A DNA stretch of 35,257 nucleotides from Sminthopsis crassicaudata (lineage: Eukaryota), in the NCBI RefSeq assembly GCF_048593235.1, contig NC_133623.1, positions 1,454,744 to 1,490,000 of the forward strand. The letters are read 5' to 3'. Position 1 is the first letter of the stretch. Each line of letters opens with the position of its first letter. The position numbers and the translations under genes are program-made. Shown in pieces: positions 1 through 11,069 of this stretch. The notes below the pieces were generated by a model. That model was not told the origin of the DNA. It ran no database searches and was given only the letters and a program-made list of their open reading frames with translations.

Positions 1-759
1 GTTCCTTTTTAGAACCAGAGGTAAAATGGCTGCCCTGGAAAAGAAATGATAAAGGATCCAAGATGGAAGGGGCTTCCGTTCTCCCAGGAGCCCAACAGGT
101 TGAGGGTCCAGCCCAATCCTGCCCGCTATTCTGGAGTGCTAAGATGCCACCGCTGCTACCGCCACACCTGGAACTTAGCTCAGTGAGCCAGGTAGAGGGA
201 AGGGGTAGACTCTAGGCTGACCTACCCAGGGATGCCTAGCCACACCTGAGGGGCCTGGCCAAAAGCAACAGCAAGCTTGGGCCTTCAGATCCGGGCTCAG
301 CCTTTGGGCCACCTGGGAAAAAGTGTCCTCTTGCTCCTTGTCCTCAATTGTCTCCTGTAAGCCCAGTAAAGCCCCCAGCTAAGCCAGTGCTCTGTAACTG
401 GGCAGAAAGGGGCCCACTGGTTCTTTAATTTCTCATTCCAACCCACCCAAGCCTCCCTGGCTGCGCCACAAGCAAATCTGGTCAGGTATGACTGAGAGTA
501 CAGAAGCACAGGCCAGGTAGCAGCCGGGCTTCTTCCTGCTTCTCCATGCCCCCCTTTCCTGGCTCTGATGGGAGCCCTAGGGCTCCCCCTCACCATAAGG
601 CCCTGAAATCAGAAGCTGGAGGCCCGCCCTCTTTGGCTTAACAAGGGCCAAAACCACCCTTCCCTAACAGCTAGAGAAAGCGAAAGCCCCGGGGCGCCCC
701 TCCCCCCTCCCCACGAACCCCTTTTCCTCCTCGCCACACAAGGGGCAGGAAGAGATCTG

Positions 760-1800
760 GCCCAAAATAGCGCCGGATCGGATCTTGCAGGCAACTGAAA
801 CCCACCCCCTTATTTTCCAAAGAAGGAAACCGCGGCCGCAAAGGGCTGGCCGGCTTCACCAGTGGGGACCCCCCTCCCCCCGCCCCCGGTCTGCTGTCAC
901 CTCAAGGGAGCGCCATCTACTGCCCTCTTAGCCCGCCTTGCAGTTCTGGGCGCTTTTCCCTCCACGTCCCCCTGGGGAGGCAGAAACAAGGCCTGTTCTG
1001 GCCAGGCTGGATGGACTGCTGAGGGGGAGGAAAAGGAGAAGGGAAAGCGAAGGAGGCGGTGAAAAAGAAGGGGGGAGGGGAGGAGCTAGCCGCCTCCCCG
1101 CCTCAGTCCTCCTCGGAGCCCCGGGGCAGGCTCCGGATCCCTCTCTCGCTCGCCCTCCCCCTCTTCCCCTCCCCTCACGGGCCCAGACCCGAGGGATGCG
1201 AGCCAGGCCCGCCGCCTTTCCAAAGCTCGGAGGCCGGGCGCCTCAACTTTCCGTCCCTTCCCCTGAACCGTCGCCATCAGCCCGGCGCGCAGGCTGCCAT
1301 TTTTTAAAGACTCGCTCTTTCGGTCGCCTCAGCGCCTTTGCCTGAAATGGCCGGGAAGCGACCGCCAGGGGCCCGCGCTTTTGCCTGAAGTGACCGGGGA
1401 GCGACAGCCAGGGGCCCGCGCCCCGGCCCCTCCAGCTCGGCCCGCATCCACCCCCGCGGCCCAGCTCCCTCCTACCTGCTCGGCTCCCTCCGGCCCGGCC
1501 CGCGGTCCTCGCCAGTCAGCGAAGGCCTGCCTGACTGCCTGCCCACTGCGGTTGCAAGCGTTAGTTCCGTTGAACCCGGAACCGGAAATCCGGCCCGACC
1601 ACGCCCCGCCCAAACGCGCTGCAGAGACGCGTCCGGCTCCGGGAGAGGGGCGGGGCCTGTCCGGGGGGCGGAGCCAGACCCGCCAGTTAAGCTCGAGGGC
1701 GGGGAAAGGCGCACCCGGCCACCCAGCCTTCCTCAAAGGTGGGGTCAGGAGGGGCCTCCAAGGTGGCCACGGGGGAACCTGCGCCTCTGCCTCGGGCACC
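760..1800 (-). promoter_or_regulatory. CpG-island promoter / first exon of a further minus-strand gene downstream of CXXC1 (MBD1 expected by synteny, not confirmed)
   Basis: CpG-dense island ~0.4-1.4 kb beyond the CXXC1 poly(A) signal. YY1-like AAAATGGCAG on minus at 1294-1303. Strong minus-strand acceptor (tttcttttccag, AG at 35-36) opens an exon running off the left end. In human MBD1 starts just downstream of CXXC1 on the same strand; no MBD1 coding sequence is visible here. Confidence 0.55.
1337..1422 (+). repeat. 43-bp tandem duplication (2 copies, 38/43 identical)
   Basis: 1337-1379 tttgcctgaaatggccgggaagcgaccgccaggggcccgcgct vs 1380-1422 tttgcctgaagtgaccggggagcgacagccaggggcccgcgcc. 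Confidence 0.95.
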
Positions 1801-2207
1801 AGCTACCAGATGGGAGGAGGGAGCCTGGGACGAGCTGGGACTCCGGCCTTTCCCCCCTTCCCAGGTCAAATCCTGATTCAGTCACTGACCTAAGGTTCCT
1901 TCAGGCGGTTTCCCCATGGGACCACAGGGGCCAAGAGAAGCACCTGCCTCCTGGGGAGCTAGTGAGGTTGCCCTGGAAAATCCCCGAGTCCCACTCCTGT
2001 CAGCCAGTGTGGCGGCCGCAGAGGAAGCACCCCCAAAGTGGGCCCTCCCCTCCTGCTGAGCCAGCAGCCCCCCACCCCCACCCCAGGAAGCCTGGCCATC
2101 TTGAACCTCAAGACTACCCTTATACCCCCCACCCAGGGGAGTGTCAGGCCTTGAGGATTAAACAGCAGGTGACGCAGAAGGAAGCCAAGCACTCTTTTTT
2201 TCCAAAG

Positions 2208-2213
2208 TTTATT
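2208..2213 (-). terminator. Poly(A) signal of CXXC1
   Basis: AATAAA on the minus strand ~350 nt after the CXXC1 stop codon. Confidence 0.8.
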
Positions 2214-2562
2214 GTGAATAAGCTTGGAGGCTCAGCCCCAGATCCCCCCAGATGCTTGCCGGACTCCCCTCTGGGGCCTCAGTCACTAGAAAGAGTGTGC
2301 TACTGAGGTCAGGAAGGGATGGCTAACAGGAACAGAGCCAAGGCTCAGGGCAGGTGGAACAGGGGCAGACAAAGGGCAGAAGCAAACGAGCAGGGACTCG
2401 GTGGGAGGGCAGGTCCACCAGAGGAGAACACTAGCTGCAGGGCCCCACGCGCCAAGGCAGGCACGGGGGCACAATTGAACACTTGAAGAGAGGAAGGCAA
2501 CAGAGCTGAAAGAAGGGAGGGTTGGTCACCACCCCTCTACCCTTTGGGGCCACGGGGCCGAC

Positions 2563-5500
2563 TCAGCGGTCGGCGTTGGTCCGCAGGTCGGTGGTGAGGG
2601 GGTCGTGCTGGATGGTCTGGTGCAGCATCAGCGCCAGCAGGCCGGCCCGGTTGGTCATAGCCATTCGAACATTTCGCTCCTGCTCAAACAGCTCATCCAG
2701 CTTGTACCACTACAAGAGAGGGAGCAAGGAAGGCACTCTGGAGCCACAACCCAGGTCTCTCTCAAGTGGAGTTTAGTGGTGGCTGTGGCCGGAGGTGGGG
2801 GAACTTTGCCTACACCAATTTGTAGGCAGCTTCTCCAGGTGAAGAGCACCCCTTTCCACCAGCCTTCACCTAGCGCCCCACCTCCCCGGGGGAAGAGTGC
2901 ATTTTCTTCACCTCCAAATTTGGCCTCTCCACCAGTTCCAAGGGCAAGGCCACATCGCTAGCCCAACCTCACAGCCCTTATGCAGGGGAAAGGCCAGCCT
3001 GCCGCCAGAGCTAAAAGAATGGAGAGTACCAATTTCTCTAGAACCTCCAACTGGGACTAGCACTCTGTGCCGGGTACTCGAGCCTGCTCACTGCCTGAAG
3101 CCCACGTGGACTCGGGGAGGAAACCTGGGCCAAAGCAGAAAATCCTCACCACTCGCACTCGCTCCAGGTCCACCTCAGCTCTCCGAAGCTTCTCCCAGCA
3201 GTAGTGCCGATTGCACTGTCGTTTGGGCAGGCGACAGAAGTCCCCGGTCAGCTCAAACACATCCCGTACCAGGGGGCAGCCACACACTTCATCGGCTGGC
3301 ACCTGCCCCTCCCCGAAACGGGCACACGAGCCCAAGAGATTATTAGAGCCACGTAAGCGAGCTAAGGGCCCTTCAACCACTGGCACTGGCTTGGACAACT
3401 GCCCCCCAGAGAAATGAGGGCAAGGACTGCATCCCCAGGCAGGGTGTGCTTCAAACACCAGTGTCCCCTCCGTCTTTACTCACCTTAGGGTCCCTGGAGT
3501 GCTCAGGGCATAATACCTGCAGGCGTTTGCAATATGTCTTACTCTGTGGGTTGTAAACGTCACAGAAGAGTCGAGTGGCCCTAGTAGGGTAGGGGTGAGA
3601 AGCAAGAGAACAGGATGGCTATCAGTGACTGAAGAAGAAGAAGATGGTTCGGTCTTCCCCACCCCTCCTCCAAAGTACCCCTTCTCACCCCTCAATTCTG
3701 GTGGGGTACATGGATCCGAAGGATGTCTGGCTCTCGTACTGTGGAAGACATGGGGGCCGAGGATGACAGACGTTCCTCACAGAGCCAGCTCGGCCAAGAG
3801 CCATCACCTTTGTTAGCAGGCATCTGCTTGCTGTAACCTGGTCAGCTGGGGCCCACTTCCTGCCCTCCCTCCTCCCCCCTGTCCCCCAGGTCAAGAGTCT
3901 GTCTGACCTCTGTTGTTCCAAGGACAGCCACCATTCTGCCCTCCGCCAGGTCAGACAGTTCCCATTTCCTTAAGCCGAGCAAGCCTGGAGCCTGGCCTCC
4001 GAAGGATAAGTTTACCGCCCATCTTCCAAGGCCTCCTAGGATCAAGCCTCAGCTCCTGCCCGACTAGCCGACACCTCGCTGCCCCCAACTGCCCTCCAAT
4101 AGACCAGGAGGGACCACCCACCCCCTCCTCTTCCCCAAACGGCTGAGGGGCCACGTACCTTGGCATAGCAACGCTCCATGTGCCTCAATGCTACCTTGGG
4201 GTTGATGGGATGGCCACAGGAGACACAAAAGATCTGCAGATCTGTGTCTTCACTGTCTCCCTCATTACTCTAAAACAAACAGAGGCAAACAGGAAGTGAG
4301 GCTGAGAATGGTTCCTGTTTCCTAAAGGTTCTCCTCTCTGCCAAGGCTCCTCTCACCTCCTCGTCCTCCCGAACCACCTGCTGCTTGGCCCTGAGAATGA
4401 CAGCCTCCAGCTCGTGAAAGCGCCGTTCCATATCTTGCAGACGCATCCGAGCCCCCTGCTGCTCCCTTCGGATGCGCTCCAGAAGCTTCTTCCCATGTTC
4501 TTCCGCAATACATGGGCTCTGCTGCCACTGCTGAATTCTCTGGGGTAGTATCTCATAGATTCGACTGTCAGGGCAAGAAGGCGGGATGTGTATGTCAAAG
4601 GACCCCAGAGGGCTTGTGGCCTCTGGGGTCCCTCCCAGGGGTCACACGGGCTAAAGCCAGGAAGGAACAGAATGGGGAAGGAACTAGGCCATGTGTGAAG
4701 TGGGCAAGGAAGGGGGGGAGGGGAGGGGAAGGGGGAAGGGGAAGAAGGGCCACGTGGCTGGGGGGAGGGGAGGGGAGCTGGCTTCCTCACTTGGCAGCCA
4801 GCTTCATGCCACAGTCATCAGAGCAGTACTTGGAGCCTGGCTGGGCAGGCTGGACACAGCTGGGGCCCAGGCACTGGGGCAAGGAGGCCGGGTCCTTGAC
4901 ATCTGGGCGTTCAGGATGTTTCCACTTATCTTTGTGCCTCTGTTTCTGCCGATGACGTTTATACTTCTCTTCCTTCTAGGGCGATAGGGCAACCCCGTGA
5001 ATCTCCTGGACAGCTCCCCGAGGCCCACCATCACCAGCACCTCTCCCGCTGTTCACCTTCTTCTCCGACTTCTTCTCCCGTCGCTTGACATGTTTCACTT
5101 TCACTGCGCGTTTCCGAAGAGCTGGGTCCAGGAAAGGGGCATCCTCAGGGTCACTCAACCACGGCTGGGGACAGGAAGGTAGAGGAAACTGAGCCCGTGA
5201 CCACAGTTCCCAGCAGATGAGGAGGGAGACAGCAGAAAGGCACTGTCTAGGCCTTTGGGGAAAGTGGGGTCTCAGTTAGCTTCTCCTAACCAGCAGAAGC
5301 TCCAAGCTATGGAAAGAAGGCCGCTTTTTTCCCCTTTGAAGACATAAAATCCAAGACACAGAGACCGTTAAGGCCATAGAAATCCAACACTCATTTGCCA
5401 CGGAGGGGGAGATGCGGCCCCAAGACCCTTAGGGGGTGAAGGGTAGAGTGCAGATTACAAACTGCATCCTTCAAGCCTGAGTGTAGCACCTGGTCCACAT

Positions 5501-8500
5501 CCCATGGTGCTCAGGCTAGAGAAGAGGCTCAAAGACTCAGAGCAAATACACAAAGGACCCAACTGGGGATCCCAGGGCCCAGAAGGATCTTTCATCTCCT
5601 TACCATAAGAAGGAACCTCACCAAAGTATGGTCATCAAAAGCGCCAGCACAGAAATCCTGATAGAGCTCGGGATCCAGAGGCAGGTCCTCATCAGAGAGT
5701 GCCTCAGGTGTGGCCACAGCCTCTGGTGGCTCCTTTAACATCTGGAAATGTTCTTCCCGTGTCCGGAGAAGTTTCTATCAGGAAGACAGCAATGGGCCGA
5801 ACACTGGCTCACAGAGCCTGGAGCCGGCTTCTAGGATGGGTGAGGAAGAGGAAGGGGCCAGCTTGCAGGTCAGAACTTGAGGTTTTCCCCAGGGGTCCTT
5901 TCAGTCTACCGCGGGGAAGGTGGGAGGAAATGGGACAGACAATGGTTCTGAGGCATTAGCAAGGATATCTCCATTCTAGCAACTGGCACCTCAACTTCAC
6001 AAGGTATTTCAGGCCCAGGCGGCCTCTCCTCTCTAACTCTGCCTAAATGTGGAGCTATGGGGGGGAGGGGGGGTAGCGGGGGGGGGGGGGGGGGGAACCA
6101 AACGGGGCCAAGTCCCAAACGCTAACACTCACCACGGCTGATGCCAGACTCACCGAGGAAGGGAAATACTTATAGGATTCCTATGGATAAAGAAAAGCAA
6201 AGAATGCAGAAGGTCAGGGGAAGACCCGGGCTGGGCGGACAGCGGGCCCAAGCGGTCCACGGCCAGCTCCGCCTCTCTCACCCGGGCCCGCAGCTGGCAC
6301 TGACGCAGGCGGCACTTCTGTCGGATTTTGTTGGGGCCCCCAAATTTCTTCATGTCCCGGCAGAAGTCACAGTGGCCGCAGTCCTCAGTCCGTCGGCAGG
6401 CCTCGCACTCCCCACACATTCGAGCCGACCGTTTTATCTGCTGTCGGGGGATGAAGCAGGAAAGGAGAGAAGGGGGAGACCCGATCGTGCGATTTAGTGT
6501 TTGAGAAGCTCCTTTGTCATCACAAATACCCTACGATAATGACAAACCCTAATGGCCCCGGACCCCCAAATGCCTTTCCAACCCAAAGCTTCCTCCTGCA
6601 ATAAGCCCTAAGTCCTCCAAGTCTATTTCTGAGGGGCAGGCTTCTAGGTGGCCCTTACCTGACTATGCACCTCCCGGACAGGCCCAGGTGGGGGAGGAGG
6701 GGCCTTATGAGGAGAACTGAAGCCCTTGCCCATGGACATGGATCCACTTGGCATGGGATCTACAAGGAGATCGGGACCAGCCTTCCTCCGTGGGGTGCTC
6801 GCATCATCCCTGGATTCGCCCTCGTGCTCCCCCTCACGCTCACGGCCCGGTTTTTTGTGGCGGTATCTGATCTCCAACTTCGGGTCCTTTTCTGTCCGGG
6901 GAAGGGGCAGAAAGAGACTGAGAGACTCCTCTGGCGCTGTCCAAGCCTCCCCCCGCTCCCGAAGTCCGCCCGCAAGACCTACCGCGGCAATCCATGCAGT
7001 ACCACTCCCGGATGGCCTTTGCCATCTTCTCTGTGATCTTGATGCAGTCACCATGAAACCACTCATTACAGTTGTCACAGCCGCTGTGCAAGGGACGGAA
7101 AGAAATCCAAGTTGAGATCCGTTTGGTCCCCCCGTGTGGAGGCGTGGCAACCAGGGAGCCCCTTCTCCAGTGCATTCAGGCTTCTCCTGAAATCCGTTCC
7201 AGTCCTGACCCCACGCTCCTTCCGAGGAGCTCCCGGGCGCCCTGCCTCCTCCGGTAAGGGATATCTTGGGATCTTGGCACGGGCTCTAGTGTGCCTCTGT
7301 TCCCCCAAACTCCAGCTGGGACACACTGGGCCTCCTTGGGAGAACCCAGCCCCATCAGACTTCCAAGGGGGAGCCTTGTCATGACGCCAAATCCGAGGTC
7401 CTCCCCCCCTTCAGCGCACATCCCCATGTGCTTCCTGGCCCAGCCTTGGTGACCCCAGAGGCCCCCCCCCCCATCTGCTCTCACATCATGAAGCAGTTGA
7501 TATCAGGCTTCCGGCAAACACAGTAGATGGGTGCATTCTCTCCATTATCCGACTTAGTTTCTTCCTCTGCCTCTCCGGCAGCCTCTGGCTCTGGGTCCGA
7601 AAACTCACTCTCCTCCTGTTCAGTCATGAGAGCACAAGGGATCACAGCCTCTTTCTCCCTCCGGGAAACTGGGCCGCCCCCATTTCGAAGCCCCCCCCAT
7701 TTCTTTCTCCTAAAGGGCATTCCCCAATCTGACTCTTCCCTCCAGGAATGGCCCCTCCCCCCGGCCCCACTCAGGCTCCCCCCCAGGCTCCTGGGTCCCG
7801 GGCTGAATTGCCCTTCCCAGGTGGAAGCGGCTCCCGTTTGCCAGCTGAGGGTTCCAGGGGCCGGCCTCAGAGCTTCCACAGTTCCACCACCATTGTCCTC
7901 CCTGGAACCTCTCGGTCTCGCGCCGCGCCCCCCCAGCAACTCGGCCCATCCAGCCACCTCCTTCCCGAGGAGGAGGAGGGGTGGCCTCACAGCTTCCCCT
8001 TCAGCTTCTGCCTCTTCTACCGGGGGGCAAGCCTTGGGAGCAGTTTCAACTCCTTTCCGCGGGAAACCGGGAGGGTGTCTTGCCCCCGGGCTCCCCCCGT
8101 CACTGTCCGGAGGCCTTCAAGACGGCCTTCCCCTTCTAAACTCTGAGGGGAGGGAGGGAGCCCTGGCCTAGCCTCTTTGTTATGGGGCAGGATAGGGAAA
8201 GGTCGGCTGGGGAGATGGAGGGGCCCGTCCCCTCAAGCCCCCACCCCGGCTCCGCTGCAAACCCTTCTGTTCACCCCGCCTCTCTCAGCGACAACCTCCC
8301 TCCCCCCCCCCCCCCAGACCGGGAGAGCCAAGAGATGCCTCAGCCACTGCGCCGCTCCCCTTCCATGCTCCCCCCTCCCCCCCCCCCCCCCCCGTGCCCC
8401 TCCTCCCCGACGGAGACCAAAGCCAACCAAATGGGGCCCCCCAGCCACCTCGTCCAGTAGGAAGGCCCCCAGGCTCGTCCCGGACCCGCTCAGCCTCCTC

Positions 8501-8556
8501 CCCCGGGCCGCCCCCCGGGATTGCCCCGGGCCGGCTCCGCCCCTCGTTCTCACCAT
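2563..8556 (-). CDS. CXXC1: CXXC-type zinc finger protein 1 (CFP1; PHD + CXXC + SET1-interacting region), 15 coding exons, ~621 aa
   Basis: Exons with GT-AG ends and consistent phases: 8554-8556 (ATG only), 7485-7615, 6983-7083, 6659-6891, 6282-6440, 6154-6180, 5622-5774, 5057-5164, 4791-4975, 4357-4564, 4159-4269, 3689-3738, 3484-3580, 3150-3302, 2563-2709 (TGA). Total 1866 nt. Translation includes PHD '[27 protein letters not shown]', CXXC 'MCGECEACRRTEDCGHCDFCRDMKKFGGPNKIRQKC' and C-terminus 'WYKLDELFEQER...HDPLTTDLRTNADR', matching human CXXC1 as recalled. Confidence 0.97.
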
Positions 8557-8827
8557 GGCGGCGCCGGGATCTCGAGACTCCTTCGAGACAAAAACGGGAG
8601 CTTTCTGAGCGAGAGTTGTCCCCGGATTAACTTCCGCTTCCGGTTCCTTCCAGGCCTTTTAGGCCTTCAATATCCGTGCTCTGCGCAGACTCAATACGGC
8701 CTCCGAAGCCAGCGAGTTCCCCCGCTTCATCTAGGTAGTGACCCTAGCAACGCGCAGGCGCACTGGCCAGGAACTACTAAGTAGGGGCCCCGGTGGGTCC
8801 AACGCTCCGGGTTCTAGAACGCGTCGC

Positions 8828-8848
8828 GCCGCCGCCGCCGCCGCCGCC
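8828..8848 (+). repeat. (GCC)7 trinucleotide repeat
   Basis: Counted directly. Confidence 0.95.
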
Positions 8849-8924
8849 GCGAGGAAGCGCGCGTGCCGGGACGCAGGCGCACTGCCACCTTCCTGCTGAG
8901 ACCCGGGAACCTGCCGTCTCCGGC

Positions 8925-8991
8925 GGGACGGGACGGGACGGGACGGGACGGGGCGGGGCGGGGCGGGGCGGGGTGGGCGGGGTGGGGCGGG
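8925..8991 (+). repeat. (GGGAC)5(GGGGC)4 pentamer array with degenerate tail; GC boxes / G-quadruplex potential
   Basis: Counted directly; more than 12 consecutive G3-G4 runs. Confidence 0.9.
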
Positions 8992-11069
8992 AGCTTTGGG
9001 ATTTCCTGGAGCTCTTCCTGCTCTCCCGGAGCCCTTCTCTGGCTGCTTAGGGTCCAGTCCCTTCCCGGGGCAGACAGGGTCATCGAGGTCCTGTCAAATG
9101 AAGTGACTAAGCCAAAGCAAAGCAAGTGACGCCAGAGCGAGCCCCAGAGATCATCTTTTAGGAAAATGTAATAGTATTTTGTTTTTCCAGATACATGCCA
9201 AGCTAGTGTTCACCATACCCCCTGGCAAAAACCTCAGGCGCCAATTTCCCCTCCCCTAGAGAACTAGGAATCCAATGTGTGTACAATGCTCTGGAACATG
9301 GGCAGTTCTTCCTTACGTATTTCCACATTTACCCCGCTGCACCAGAAAAATCCCCCTTCTCGGGGGCACATGGCTCTCTCTGATGAGGTGTAGGAATAAG
9401 GGGGAAGATCCCCCCTGCTCCGAGACGCAAACCGGAAAATCTGGGGCAAAAGGGGAATTTTATGGGTCACTAGGAAGGAAGCTTTCTTAGCGGGCAAAAC
9501 TCCTCATTAGGAATTTGGCAAGACATGGATTGACAAATCATGATTATATGGGATACATCTTGGCCTGGGGCGGGGAGATGTCTGGGCTACCATCTGACAG
9601 AGAGCTCCTCTTGATTAAAATCCCTTAACTGGGGGATTTGAAGGCTTTTCCCAGAGTCTGGAAACCTCCTGAAGGGGATCCTGGCCACCCCCAAAAGATC
9701 TGCCCAGTGAGGTGGGAAAGCCAGTGGGCCTCTGCATGGGGTAAGCCCACCATTCTCCGTTTCAGCGGAGAAAATGTCCCCGCCAAGTCATTTCTGGCGA
9801 ATGATTTGATGTCTGCCCAGTTTTCTGATTTGTAGAGAGCAATGATAATTGTGAAGATCGGGTGATTGCAACAGTGCTGCGCATAAAAGCTGCTATAGGA
9901 AGGGGAACTGCTTTCTTGGATGTAACTGCTTCACGTTTGATCACTTTCGGGCTTCTTTTTTTGACGTGCCCGACGTCAACATTGGGATTAAGGATTTTTT
10001 CCTATGTGTGTGTGAAGTAATTTGGAAATTTGTTGGAGACTTGAGAGTAAAAGCAGTTTGGGGGGCACTCTAATCAAAGCCCACTAGAGGGCTATGGAAA
10101 TTGGGATCTCTTTGCACCGACTGTGGTAACAGAAGACTTTGGGAACTTTAGGAAAACCGAAAAGCAGTTTGCTGCTACGCTAAAGACTCTGGCTACAAGC
10201 AGCCTGCTTCCGAGTTATCTAGAGTCAGACTTCCCAGGGCCCGGCAGGAAAAACTGGCACCTTAACCCTCTCTGGGCTCACAAAAGAGACTGGTTTGTGT
10301 GAATTGGACAATAACCAAATGGCAATTCAGTGGGTCCAGAACATTTCATCAGAATCTAGGGAATCTCATTAACTACAGTGGGGACAATTTTTTTTTATTA
10401 TAGCTTTTTATTGCGTGGGTAATTTTTCAACACTGATGGGTAAATGTTTAAAATCTGTTCTAACTCAATTTTCAAAAATGTCTTGTTTTTGTCCCCTAAA
10501 AGAAAAAGGGAAACTTACTTAAGGGAATAGGAATCCTCCCTGAGAAGTTCCAAAACTGCAACAGCTTGGGAACAGAATAAACTGAACAACTAAAAGAAGG
10601 TGGAAAATTGACTTAGCCTTGCCAATCCCATTTTATAATATTTTGGGAAAGTAATTTAGGGAATTCGGTATTTTCACCTTTCCTAGAAAACTAAGATGAA
10701 ATGACAGCTAAAATTATTTGGCTGTTACTTAGGAAAATTCTAAAATTGTGAATTAAGTTATTGGAGTCACTGCCATCACGTTCAACCTAAAATTGGTCAT
10801 TACTGGGAGTGGAACAAGAGGGAGGAGGTGAAAGCCTTCTCAGTTCACCTCCAAGTATGAGGAGTGCAATGCCTTTTCCCCCTTCACAGAGTGGGGGGAG
10901 GTGTCAGCACAAGCCACGAAGAATATTTGGGGTGGGCAACAGCTAGCTCAGCCCCTTCCCTGGGCTCTCTGTCAACTCCCCTTCATTTGTGAGCTTGCTA
11001 GTGTTCATGAAACCATGGGGGTAAGCCAGATCATCAGCCCTGAGACCAGAGCCTGTTTAGGATGTGTAG

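Larger units (their letters stand above)
8557..9000. promoter_or_regulatory. CpG-island promoter / 5' UTR of CXXC1, probably bidirectional
   Basis: CpG-dense. Tandem ETS/GABPA-type motifs ACTTCCG-CTTCCGG at 8630-8643, GCCGCC context before the ATG at 8556, and many GC boxes at 8950-8990. Confidence 0.8.

Noticed and set aside
1329-1893. 156-170-aa ORFs on both strands in the left CpG island
   Set aside because: Typical CpG-island ORFs with non-ATG starts and Pro/Ala/Arg-rich composition; no homology recognised.
5906-6118. Intronic ORF containing 'HLGRVREE', similar to human CXXC1 'KLGRIRED', after a strong pyrimidine-tract acceptor
   Set aside because: That acceptor enters the frame in phase 1 while both exon-6 donors are phase 0, and the phase-0 reading hits TAG after three codons. 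It may be a relic or a G18-run assembly issue, but I cannot support it as an exon.
7527-8171. 214-aa plus-strand ORF and other long ORFs overlapping CXXC1 (e.g. 7481-7990, 4353-4790, 2897-3346)
   Set aside because: They are antisense shadows or intron read-through of real exons in GC-rich, stop-poor DNA, with low-complexity Pro/Gly/Ser translations and no recognisable domain.
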